From Camelus dromedarius (Eukaryota): DNA of 64,000 nt. The stretch lies in assembly GCF_036321535.1 (NCBI RefSeq), contig NC_087436.1, positions 41,046,001 to 41,110,000 of the forward strand, written 5' to 3'. The notes under the pieces are model-generated. The model did not search any database. It saw nothing but the letters and a program-made list of their open reading frames with translations, and was not told the DNA's origin. Made by a program: the position numbers and the translations under genes. Shown piece after piece: positions 1 through 11,400 of the stretch. The first letter of the stretch is position 1. Each line of letters begins with the position of its first letter.

Positions 1-60
1 GACCCTTTCTTTTTGTATTTTTACCCTTAACTAAGTGGAATTATTTAACTACATAGTTTT

Positions 61-257
61 TTTTTTTAACATTTTGTATTGATTTATAATCATTTTACAA
101 TGTGTCAAATTCCAGTGTTCAGCACAATTTTTCAGTCATTCATTGACATATACACACTCATTGTCACATTTTTTTCTCTGTGAGTTATCATAACATTTTG
201 TGTATATTTCCCTGTGCTATACAGTGTAATCTTGTTTATCTATTCTACAATTTTGAA
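61..257 (-). mobile_element. Young, heavily 5'-truncated L1 (3' UTR + poly-A), camelid-type
   Basis: Poly-T at the left end. Perfect 18-bp TSD ATTTAACTACATAGTTTT at 43-60 and 276-293, followed by AA (TT/AAAA endonuclease site on minus strand). The reverse complement is nearly identical to 18536-18630. Confidence 0.9.
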
Positions 258-429
258 CTTAACTTTGAACTTTGAATTTAACTACATAGTTTTAAGAAAC
301 ATTCATGGAATATTGGCTCCCAAATTAACTTCCATCCCACTTTTTTTGAGGAGCAAATCAAACTGTCTAAGCTATTCATATATAAATGATCATTGTTAAT
401 AATCTGACGAGACCAACTAGAATCGATCT

Positions 430-1000
430 GCTAATCTAGTCTTCACTATCCAGACTGTCAATTGCTGCCTGGGCCAATCATCACACTGGATGCAGAAAAA
501 CACACACCATTATATCCTCAGCAAAAAAGAAAAGAATCCACGTTTCAGATGCAAAGTCTACCACTGAATGCCATACTTGGGACGACGGCCAAAATTTAAC
601 TTGTTCGTCTTATGATGGATTAACCTACGTAACATATGGCATTACCCCCAACCAGTTCTAGAAGATAGACTGGTGAACCCTTGCCCCCTTTCAGGGATAT
701 TAATGGTGCCTCACTTCTGTTGACTTTTTTTTCACATTATTGTGTTGATGTTCCAACCCAACTGGCTAATTTCTGTCACATATATATGACCACTGAATGA
801 AATCTCTGTTACCTGTTTGTTTTCTCAGATCATTTGCAGTCTGCCACGGTATTCCTATTATTGCCAAAGCCACTCAACAACGGGTGATACCCAAACGTAA
901 TATGAACCCAGCATAATCCCTACAGTCCACAAGCACTTGATATCTCTGAGAGTTGATATGGCCGCCTCAAAAATTAACTCAAAGGAAATTCTAACCTTTC
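430..1000 (+). pseudogene. pol: Decayed retroviral integrase (pol IN), class III/ERVL-like
   Basis: Manual translation with stops and frameshifts gives IAAWANHHTG...ECHTW (HHCC zinc-finger remnant), F*KIDW*TLAPFQGY*WCLTSVD (cf. WQIDYIGPL...LTxVDT), LFVFSDHLQSA (cf. FGxPxxLQSDNG), AKATQQ, and PYSPQALDISES*YGRLKN (cf. PYHPQASGxIERxNGxLK). Confidence 0.85.
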
Positions 1001-1282
1001 TACCCTCACCTTTTTCTATTCCATACACTTTAGTAATGACATTTTTTTAATTTCAATTAATGTGGCAGTCCCAGAAAGTGTCCCAGGTACTTCTCAGGTA
1101 ATGATCAGAATGAAAGAAATAGGAGTTTATATATTTTGAAAATTTAGGGTTTTATACTGGCCACTGATGGGCATAATACCCCTTTCTTGCCCTCAACTTA
1201 AACCCTTGGCCACACTGCTGGGCCAAAAGGAAGCACAGAGGATTTAAATTTCATTCTGGATGTTTTCTAAAAATGCAGTTAT

Positions 1283-1330
1283 CTTGTAATAACCTTCAAT
1301 GAAAAAATATGAAAACGAATATATGTATGT
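1283..1330 (+). mobile_element. 48-bp L1 3'UTR fragment without poly-A, flanked by TSD
   Basis: CTTGTAATAACCTTCAATGAAAAAATATGAAAACGAATATATGTATGT resembles artiodactyl/camelid L1 3' UTR (recalled). Flanked by AAAAATGCAGTTAT (1269-1282) and AAAAATGCAATTAT (1331-1344). Confidence 0.7.
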
Positions 1331-1449
1331 AAAAATGCAATTATAATAACTCTTGCATTTGCCTCCTCTACAGGGAAAGTCTGGGTGTAAACAGATGATT
1401 GAAATTATAGGTAGTGCATGAGAAACACAGATTATGTAGTGGTGAATGG

Positions 1450-2140
1450 TGTAAAATACAAATCAAAGATGGTAAAGAAATAATTCTCCCTATTGAAAAT
1501 AAGAGATCCCCCTCCCTTTTCTTTGGGCATTTACTTTAGAAAATGTGTAATTGCAAGTTATTTCTCTGTCTCTTTGTGATGTATGTAAATCTTTTTAAAA
1601 GCTAAATCAGGCTCTTGCCAGCATTCAGACTCAGGAATGTTTTTCTCAAGGACCTAGTCACCATCTCTTTGAAATGCAATCATTAGGAAGATAGATTCCT
1701 ATCTCCCAGTTTCTGTGGAAGGGTAGGAGCCTAACTTCTTCAGGTACCTGACTCCAAATGCAAAACTACCTCTTGTCATAAAGCTATCATGATTTTGTTT
1801 TTCATGTGGATAAAGTCAGCTAGCTAACAAAGATGATCACCCAATTACTGAGTAACTTTAGGATGAGATGTGTGATAAGCAGTGCTGTCAAATCCTCTTA
1901 CACAGTCATTCTCAAGATCAGTGTTAACTAGTTCCAGTAGGAGGATGTGTATCTGCTTGGCTATATAAAAGGATGAGATTTATTTGTCTTTGAAAATTTT
2001 TAGCAGATTGCCTGTGATGTGCATCACATTCTGGCTTAATGTTTATTTAATAATAAAACTACTTTCTTTCTTTTCTACCTCTGTAGAAACATTTTTCTGG
2101 TTTGGAAGGAGATTTTAATTTTTATCATATTTCTCAAACA
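1450..2140 (+). mobile_element. Solo ERV1-class LTR (MER34-group-like)
   Basis: TG...CA ends, TATA box CTATATAAAA ~1961, AATAAA ~2052, 4-bp TSD ATGG/ACGG. Subfamily from memory. Confidence 0.8.
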
Positions 2141-2249
2141 ACGGAGATCAAAATCCTGACACCTGGGGAAGAGAGAACATGCCATGTCCCACGTGGTGAG
2201 GGAGTGGAAGAGTGACACTAATCATTGCTTTCAGAACAGATGCTGAGCC

Positions 2250-3400
2250 CTTCTCACAAAGGAAAACAGTCTGATGCCTCTGTCTCTCAAACCATTACAA
2301 GCATCTTAAACTTAATGGGGTGCTGGTCTGTCATTCCTTCCAAATGGCTTTAACAATGATTTAATCACAATTCCTCTTAACCTTACCAAGAAGCCTATTG
2401 AAAATGGCAGCAAATAGTGCCAAACCCTGTACCTCTTACACAAAGCACTTGTCACTAGCACTGGTGTCTTCCCTACCCCCAATCACCAGCTGTTTCTCAA
2501 TCACTTTGTAGGACAGACACATGCCCTTGTCTGGTGGCATGGACAAACAGGACAGATTTGACTGACTGCAATCTGTCAGTTCTAACTATAAGAACCAGGC
2601 TCCATAGTTTAAAGTAAATTGAGAACCCTAAGACTCACATGCTGGCTTGGAAGCCACACTGAATAGACTGGCATAATATGCCCTCTAACAAATGTAGGTC
2701 TCTTTGCGGGTCCCCATGAGTTATAGATAACAATGTCTTTCCAATGGCACTACCTGTGTACATGAGACTTCATATTATGCATTGAAAACAGGTGTTAACT
2801 TCTCTTTGAAACACTGAGCTTAATTAGGTGTGGTGTGGTCATAAGAGACCTTAATTGTTTAAGAAAACCAATGAATCGTGTAACATTTAGATGATCATGG
2901 TATTGCCTCTAAAATTAGGCCATCTTTGGTATTTGGGGATATTATGAAGAAATAATTCACGTGTTATTTATGTCCACCCTGAGGGCAGCCTTCCCTAAAA
3001 TGAGAATCATCTATTTAGAAAAGAGAGTCAAAATCTTTTTCTGACTTTAGCTGAAATCATAGATGGCAGAAGTTCAGCACTAGAAGGCATTCAGGTCAAA
3101 CTAAATTTGTTGTCTAGGGTTGTTAGGCATGAAACAGTTGATCTAAATTTTCTCCTCTGTGTCAGAGTTCTATCATGCATCCTTCTGTGCCTGAATTAAC
3201 ATCTCAGGCCCAGCCAAAGAGTCAACAGAGAAATTTCTGGTTAAAGCTATCTGGCTTTCTAAGCTAACCCCTGATGCTTTATGGGATTTGTTCAGCTAGG
3301 TGGGTCTAGGACACTGGGATGCATTGCCGTGGTCGAAACTACAAGCCACTTGAAGCCAGACTGCGAGTAGCTTTAGTTAAATGTTGTGGGTTAGATTAAT
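2250..3400 (+). pseudogene. env: Decayed retroviral env (SU remnant + TM ectodomain)
   Basis: 3032-3157 translates NLFLTLAEIIDGRSSALEGIQVKLNLLSRVVRHETVDLNFLL (heptad repeat + degenerate immunosuppressive domain). 3180-3317 reads SFCA*INISG...AIWLSK...LWDLFS*VGLGHW (remnant of the CX6CC-WIN region). A frameshifted CWxC-like motif lies near 2320. Confidence 0.8.
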
Positions 3401-3477
3401 CAAAGTGTCCAAGGGAGAGGTATATCCATAGGGAAATTTGTCAAAAATGAAAGTAGTACAGAAATGAGAGTAGAGAT

Positions 3478-3935
3478 TATTGGGAGAAAATCTTCCATGG
3501 ATCTCTAGCATGTCTTGCAAACAGAGGCACTTCTGCCCTTTTATTCTGGATTATCTTTCAAATACAGTTATAAAAGGCAGATTTGTTTACTATTCTAATG
3601 TAGTAATGTTAAATCTTCTTCTGGGAAAATGGTCAGGGAAATTTGCTTGTAGATTATAAAAATTTAGGTTCATTAAGCTCAGGGTTCCTCAACTGTGATG
3701 CAAGTGCACCACACATACAGCATCTACCTGGGCTCCTCTGAATCACTGTAGGACTTGGGGGCAAGGGGACCATATATGAAGATGAAGCTCATACTGCTCA
3801 CTATGCCATGAGTAATAAAGTTCTTAGTCTCCAACCCAAGATTCTCCTGATTCTTCCAGGATTCTTCAAACTGTTGCAAGCTTCCTTTTCAGATTGAAGT
3901 ATGGTAAAATCTGAGACCCTTCACAATTTCCACCA
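3478..3935 (+). mobile_element. 3' LTR of the provirus (MER76/MER54/MER74-group, ERVL class)
   Basis: Follows env and a purine tract (GAGAGTAGAGA ~3466-3476). TATAAAA ~3655, AATAAA ~3814, terminal ...AAAATCTGAGACCCTTCACA as recalled for this group. Confidence 0.75.
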
Positions 3936-5084
3936 CCTATCTGATGGTAAGCTTAGAAATCCTAACAAATGTTTTATGGGGGAAGATTTTAAATGCCATA
4001 CTGAAAATGGTATCCTTCATTACTTAGGAGGAAAACCTCACTGCCTGTGGCTAATATGAGAACCAAACAACCTCTGGTTGTGCTTTCAGAAGATTCATGT
4101 AGTAATGGTAACTAGAAGGATATGGAAAAAAGAATAAGACTTGCATCATGGGTAACTGTTAGAATTATCCATGTAATATAGGATGGAGTCAACAGTGGTC
4201 AATATAAATTTTAGTCCTAAACGGGATGGGCTCCTCCTCCATTTTACTTTTATTATATTATAAACAACATGATTTAATGAGATGAATAATTGATATTGAA
4301 ATACTGTCTCAGTGGGTTCATTCATACTTAGTTCAAATTACTAAATAAAAGATAACAGCTTTTTACATACTTTAGAATAATTGATATAGCTGATTCAATT
4401 AAACTGAAACATTTCATCATGAAATTTAAATGTAAATATATGATTTGCACAACTTAGATTTACATCTGCTATTTTGAATATTTTACACCCCTTGGGATAA
4501 GCCCATGCTATTAGATAAACAGTGAATATTTTGGTTTCAGTTGACTATTAATTTTATTAAATCTAAACCATGTCTACATGTTTAAAGATATGACCCATTA
4601 TGCCCCCTCAAATAAATCATTACAATTAGTCACAGATACAACTTACACGTTCTAATATCTATGAGAAGTCATCTAATTTCAACTTATTGGTAACAAGAGT
4701 AAAGTAAAATATGTTTTGTGGAAGAAAATCTGAGAATATCCAAAATAGATAAAATACAGCTATAATTAAAGAATAATAAATAATAAATCTTAGTAGTAGG
4801 AATCATAATAATGATGATGATAATATCTATGGGATCAATAATTATTTCTTATGTTAGACTAAAAACATTGTATATCAGTAAAATATAGTAAAAAATCCTA
4901 ATGTGTTTATATTTTATTTTAAAACTATTTTATCAGGCTTTTGGAGAAATAGTTCAGTTTTGGAGATATAGTTCAATAGTTCAATTTTTGCTCCTCAAAT
5001 TTCCCTAATTTTTTTTCAATATAAGAAACAGTGTTTCTTTACTTCCTAATATATAGTTTTGGATAGCATGCTTCATATTTATGG

Positions 5085-7370
5085 AAAAAGTGAGTAAAGT
5101 AGGAATAGAGGAGAACATTCTCAACTTGATAATGACTCTAAAAATCCACTGTTAACACCATACTTAACATTGAGAAACTCAAAGCTGTCCCACTAAGATC
5201 AGGTACAAGGCAAGTATGTCCACTCTCACCACTCCCTTTCAACAACAAACTCAAAGTCCTTCCTTATACAATAAGGCAATAAAATAAAATACAAGTATAG
5301 AGATTGGAACTAAATGAATAAAACTATCTTTGTTCACAAATCACAAAATTGTGTATGTAGAAAATCTACAAAAACTGACAGAAAAACTACTGAAACTAAT
5401 ATGTGATTATAACAAGGTTGTAGGATACAAGGTTATAATACAAAAGACAGCTGCTTTCCAAAATACTAGCAATGAACAAGTGGAATTTGAAATTAAAATG
5501 CAGTATTATTTACATTAGGACCTCCCCAAATGAAATACTTACATATAAATCTTATAAAATATGTACAAGATTTATGTAATAAAAACTATAAAACTCTGAT
5601 GAATAAAATCAAAGAACTAAATGAATGGATAGGTATTCCATGTTCAAGAACAAGAAGGCAATATTGTCAAGATGTAAGTTCTTCCCAACTTCATTTACAG
5701 ATTCAATGCAATCCCAGTCAAAACCCCAGCAAGTTATTTTATGAATATTGACAAACTGATTCTAAAGTTTATATAGAGAGGCAAAAGACTCTGACTCGCC
5801 AAGACAATATTAAAGCAGAAGGATAAAGTAAGAGGACTTATGCTACCTGGCTTCAGGAGTTACTATAAAGCTACAATAAAAAAGACATAACAATACTGAT
5901 GAGAGAACAGACAAATAGATCAATTCAACAGACCAGATTACAGAAATAGTCCCCTATAAGTACAATCAATCAATCTTCAACAAAGGATCAAAATAAACAT
6001 AATGGAGCAAAGATAGTCTCTTTAACAAATGGTGCTGGAACAACTAGACATGCCCATGCAAAAAAGAAAAAGAAAAGAATCTAGGCACAGAACTTACATT
6101 CCTCACAGAAATTAACTCAAAATAGATCACAGACTAAACGTAAAATACAAACTATAAAACTTTTGGAAGATAACAGAAAATAAAACCTAGATGACATTTA
6201 GTATGGCAATGATGTTTTAGAAACAACACCAAAGACATGACCCACGAAAGAAATAATTCATAAGCAAGAAAATATTTGCAAACGACACATCTGATAAAAC
6301 ATTATCTAACATATACATAAAGCTCTTAAAACTCAACAATAAGAAAGGAAACAATTCAATTGAAAAATGGGACAAAGACCTTAACAGACACCTCATCAAA
6401 GAAAATATACAGATGGCAAATAAACATGGAAAGATGCTCAACATCATATGTCACTAGGAAAATGCAAATTAAAAAAAAACAAGATAACTATTAGCATGGC
6501 CAAAAACACTGACAACACCAAATGCTTATGAGGAGCAATGGGAACTCTCATACATTGCTGGAGGGAATGCAAAACAGTTTCCACTTTGAAAGACAATTTG
6601 ATTGTTTCTTGCAAAACTAAATGTATCTCACTCCATAATCCAGTAATAATGCTCCTTGGTATTTACCTAAAGCAGCTGAAAACTTATGTTCACAAGAAAA
6701 CTTGCACACGGTTTGTAGCATGTTTATAGCAGTTACAATTATATCATAATTGCTAAAATTTCGACTAAACTAAGATATTCTTCAGTAGTTGATGGATAAA
6801 TTGTGATATATCCAGACAATGGAATATTATTCAGTGCTAAAAAGAAATAAACTATCAAGCCAAAAGGACATGGAGCAATCTTAAATGCATATTACTAAGT
6901 GAAAGTTACCAATCAGAAAAGATTATGTTCTATATGGTTTCCAACATTTTGGAAAAGGCAAAACTATGGTGAAAATAAAACAAAAAACAGAAAACAAAAA
7001 AAAGTGGTTGCCAGGATTGTGGTGAGTAGGGAGAGAAGAACAGGCAGAGCACAGAGGATTTTCAGAGAAGTGAAAATACTCTGTATGATATTATAATGAT
7101 AAATTCATGTTATTATACATTTTTCCAAACACATAGAAGGTACAACACCAAGAGAACCCTAAGGTAAGCTTTGGATTACATTATGATTATGATGTGCCAA
7201 TGTAGATTCACCAACTGTAACAAATGTACCACATTGGTGGAGGTGTTGATAATGGGGGAAATGATGCTTGTGTGGGGAGAGGTGATACATGGGAAATCTC
7301 TGTATCTTCCTCTAAAATTTGTTATAAAACTGCTCTAAAAAATAGTCAAAAAATAAAATTTTTTAAAAAA
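5085..7370 (+). mobile_element. L1 (L1MC1/2-like), 3' part of ORF2 + 3' UTR
   Basis: Decayed ORF2 RT/C-terminal peptides (IVYVENLQKLTEKLLKLI, KYLHINLIKYVQDL). 3' UTR ending ...AAAACTGCTCTAAAAAATAG with an A-rich tail. Confidence 0.9.
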
Positions 7371-7659
7371 GGAAATCATTTCCTCACTAAGGAAAGCAAA
7401 TTACAAAATAACCCACTTAATCATAATTGATATTTGCGAGGCTTGGCATGTCACATTAAGTCTCCACCCACATGTTATCTCCTCAGAGAGGGCTACAGTA
7501 ACTTTGATTTCTCTAGTCCTTACTCAGTCTCTCAAAACAGGATATAAACTTTGCCTGTGTGTGTTTGTGTATGTAGAAACCATGTATTCAAAAACTGCTA
7601 TTTGTATCAGAAATAGTCCTTAATAATCCTCAATAATGATTCATGTTTGAATCATTAAA

Positions 7660-8400
7660 TTGAAATTTCTTTGACAAACTAGAAAGGAAGGAGGAAAAAA
7701 AAAACTGCCTACCTGATAAAAGATCTACAAAAAAAGGAAGTTGACAAACATAAAACATAGTAATTCAACTAAAAGTTTAAAATCATCACTTTTAAATTTG
7801 GGAATAAGAAAACAATAATAAATTTTAGTGCTTCAATTAGTAATACAGGAAGACTCAGCTACAACATTAAAAGATAGAAAATAATTACAATTTTGGTAGA
7901 TTAAAAAACATAACTTATTTTCATAGATACATTTATTGATTTTGAAATTTAAAGGTAGTCCTAGAAATATTATTAAATTAATACGATATTTTCACAATGT
8001 AACAGTTAAAATAATATAAAAAATTCAATTGTATTTCTGCAAATAAGAAACAGTTTAAATGAAACGAAAAGGTGTAACAAGAGCCACATTAAGTAAGGAT
8101 AATTGAGAATAAGCTTAATGAAAGTATGCAAGATCACTATAGAAAAATATAAAATATTATTCCAAGAAGCTTAAATAAATGGGGAGCAATTTCTTATTCA
8201 TAGATAAGAAAACTCTATATCATAAAAATATAAATTCTTCCCAATTTAAATAAATTCAATGCAATACCAATCACACTTCTGATTTTTTTTAGAAGTCAAC
8301 AATATTCTAAAATTTAAATAAAAGTGATAGTACTTGCCTTAACATATAAAGTCTATAGAATTAAAGTTGGTTTAATATGGGCTTCAAAAAAGACAAACCT
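7660..8400 (+). mobile_element. Old L1 ORF2 fragment (L1M/L1ME-age)
   Basis: Degenerate match to the same ORF2 region as 5100-5900, e.g. AAATTCAATGCAATACCAATCA. Confidence 0.7.
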
Positions 8401-8412
8401 AAAGTCTGCCAT

Positions 8413-8535
8413 TGTTAAGGATCTTGGAAGGTAACCTTCTAAATCCTTGGAATTTCCCTAGTGATAAGAGTGTCTTTGTTATTCATGGTGAACCCCTCAG
8501 ACTACATCTGATAGTTTATGCTAATGAGATAACTT
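8413..8535 (+). mobile_element. LTR fragment (MER21/MER77-like)
   Basis: GGAATTTCCCTAGTGATAAGAGTGTCTTTGTTATTCATGG...GTTTATGCTAATGAG matches the recalled MER21-group motif. Confidence 0.65.
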
Positions 8536-8824
8536 GTCCTGTCAACAAAGGCTGGTTTCATCATTTCAAAAGTCTGCATGAATTAAGAAATATTAAACTG
8601 TCTGTTGAAACTTCCAGCACATGTAAGGATGCTGCTGTAAAGTTTGTACGCAGATTCTAGGATAAGCTACAGTAGGTAGTTATGATTGTCATTAAATATT
8701 TAGGGTTGGTTAGAACTGTATCTTCTTTGGGAAGGCAACCTCATTAAGAACTTGTGTGATGAAAACAAGGAATGTGAAGTAGCCACAAAGGAGTTAAAGA
8801 TATTTTAACTCTCTTATTAGGAGG

Positions 8825-9377
8825 GGTTGGAGTAGGCAGGTAGCTAGACATGAGCACAGAAAGGGGACCTGAGCCAAATGGCAGGAAACCATATATCCTG
8901 TGAACAACGGTCGGGGAGGAGGGGTCCTTGGGCAGACCAAGAAAAGAAGGAACCTCAAACTGATAAGAAACCATACGTTTTGAGTTGACAAGTGTCCTGG
9001 AGGCAAAGACAGGTGGGACAAGACAGGAATCTATAGCATCTGAATGTAACCTTTTGCTCATTATGCCCTCATCTAATGCCTCAATCAAGACTAAAAATAT
9101 AAATCCTTCCTTCCCTTGGGAAGGTAGAGCTGGGATGAAGATCAGGGAAGGTGACCCCGAACTCCTCTCCACCAGTGAATATTCTGTCCATTCAGTTTTA
9201 CACCCATATAACCAGCCTGCCAAAGAAACTCAAGGCAGCCACCCACATGGTCTGCCCACTGTCCACTTGAGAGTGTACTACCTATTGCTTAATAAATCCT
9301 AGCTTTGCTTTCTTGACCTCTGTGTCTCCTTTCTGAATTCTTTCTGTGACAAGACAAGAACCTGCTCTCTGATAACA
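8825..9377 (+). mobile_element. Solo ERV1-class LTR (MER41-like start, lineage-specific)
   Basis: Begins GGTTGGAGTAGGCAGGTAGCTAGACATGAGC, AATAAA ~9291, ends GATAACA. Approximate TSD GAGG/AAGG. Splits the Tigger reading frame exactly. Confidence 0.8.
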
Positions 9378-10186
9378 AAGGCACTGCAGAGGTGACTTTA
9401 AATTGAAACCTTTACATAATTTCAATCTTTTTGAGACTCTCAGAGCCCTAAAAATAATGACATATCATCCCCACCAATCATTTGGCTTTCAAATAAATGT
9501 TATAAATAACAATAACATAGTTTCAGCACTGGTTTCAATTGTACTTTTGTCCAGAGTAGAAAGATACATAAACACAATTTTTTTTTAGAATAAAAATGAA
9601 AATAATATTTAATTGTATCTATTTACATTTTTATTTTTTTTCTAGAGATTCTTCTTTATATGGTAATCAGTTTTGCTCATTATGAATTTTTGTTATTTTT
9701 GAGGTAATGCTAGAAAGTATTTATATAAAAGAGCTAATTTTCCCCTAAAGACTTGATCCACAATGATTTCCTCAAAGACTCTTTTTGTAACTTTTATCTG
9801 AATCATACAATTAGAGACTGATTACAATTTTTCTGTACAAAACCAGTTCAAAACAACTAGTTTTGAGTTTGAAAAAGTTGTCTAAGATCCTCCTCACCTC
9901 TTTTCTACATAATTTCCCTTATTTGTAGGAAGCCCTTACTCAGATATACTAAAACCTCCTTTCAAGAAAATTGTTCTTCATGAGTGGAAATATAAAACAA
10001 CGGTCTTCCTTTCAAATAGCTACAAATTTTAATTTTTTCTAGGTACTTGGGTAAAGGGTCTTGTTTCCTGTTACTCCTTCTCTATAAGCCTAGACATAAG
10101 GTTAGGTATCCTCATATGTGTTTTTTGTACAAATTAGCACCATAAATTTACTTATGAGCATCTTTGTTAGAGTACTATTCATAGTC

Positions 10187-10774
10187 TGTTCTGAGGACCA
10201 ACATTAACTAACCTAAAAACTATACGCAGATAATGTAGAAAAAGAAAGAAAACCAGGCATGGCTTTCTTGACACAAAAGAAGCCATTTTTGACCTAAGCC
10301 ATTTTGTGATGTAAGCCTGGCCACAATACTTGTCCTTGACCAGTTCTCGGTAATTACTGATCTTAAGAGAACAAAAGAATACAGACACAAAAGGCTGTTT
10401 TCAAACAAGAGAAGTAACAATAGCAAAGACAGCAGTCATAAAGTCTCCCAGTTCTGTTTCAATAATAAAAATTGGCTTGAAGCTCTCAACCATCAGATCA
10501 ACTGGAACCTGAGGGATGATATGTTGACTTTTTCTGACCCTTAGGACTTCAGTCAACTAAAGCTTGGACCCTGTCCACTGCCCAAGCCCCTTCATGAATA
10601 TGCATGTACCCTTAGCTTAAAACTTCCCCTCTTTTGCTGTTGGCGGAGACACTGCTATGGGAAAGATACCTGGTGTTCTCCTTACTTGCCAAGTAATCCT
10701 TCTCCCGATCTTTGATTTGGTTGAGCCTTTTGGCTCCACGCCCACCAAGAAGTGAACTCAATTTCTGGGTAACA
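10187..10774 (+). mobile_element. Solo ERV1-class LTR
   Basis: TGTT...GGTAACA ends and LTR-like U3/R/U5 composition. TSD not resolved; start approximate. Confidence 0.7.
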
Positions 10775-11104
10775 AACTACTGAGTCTCTCAGTAGACTGA
10801 GTTGACTGTTGGCTTAAATTTGGGGTGGAGGTAGTACTGAAAAAACAAAATGGGATCAGTTTGGACTGGCAAGCAGCAATAAGGACTCATTTGTCTGTGA
10901 TATTTGAAGTGAAGCAGGAGATCTACTGGAAGATTTCTGAGAAGGTTCCATGTATTAACATCCTTGAGGCTCATGCTTCTGACCATATTGCCTTGGAAAA
11001 TATTCTGTACCAGTAGTAACCAAGAGAGAATTTATTCTACTGGCTGTTGTCCAGGTTTCTCCTCTAAGATACACCATCCTGATGGACTAGAGCTATATTG
11101 GTGC

Positions 11105-11400
11105 AGTAATTTCTAAAGGTCAGAAGTCCAGGTCAGCCTGATTCAGCTCCCAGATACCAAATGCCAAGGTCAAGGTTTCTGGAGGGCTGCATTTCTCTCT
11201 GTGTTCAGGGAAGAGTCGGCTTCCAAGCTTCCAGATTATGGGTGAATTCAGTTCTTTGTGACTGTAGGAATGAGATTCCTCTTTCCTTATAGAATCAACC
11301 TGTGATCTCAGCTTCTAAAGGCAACCCTAATTCTTTAGTTAGTGGCTCTGTTTAGATTCAAACTCAGCAGGAGTGGGCTGAGTTCTCAGTTTTAAATTTC
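11105..11400 (-). mobile_element. MaLR LTR fragment (MLT1E-like)
   Basis: GGTCAGAAGTCC...CAAGGTTTCTGGAGGGCTGCATTTC...GAATTCAGTTCTTTGTGACTGTAGGAATGAG, similar to the MLT1 copy at 45105-45680. Confidence 0.7.

Noticed and set aside
3032..3320. Syncytin-like co-opted env
   Set aside because: Frameshifts, in-frame stops and a degenerate ISD; no long ORF.
8412..8660. 82-aa ORF as a domesticated TIGD/CENPB-like gene
   Set aside because: It is a chimera of an LTR fragment and a transposase remnant; the downstream transposase is broken by stops, frameshifts and insertions.
8744..9302. 159-aa (-) and 105-aa (+) ORFs
   Set aside because: They lie across a solo LTR and show no domain similarity; chance ORFs.
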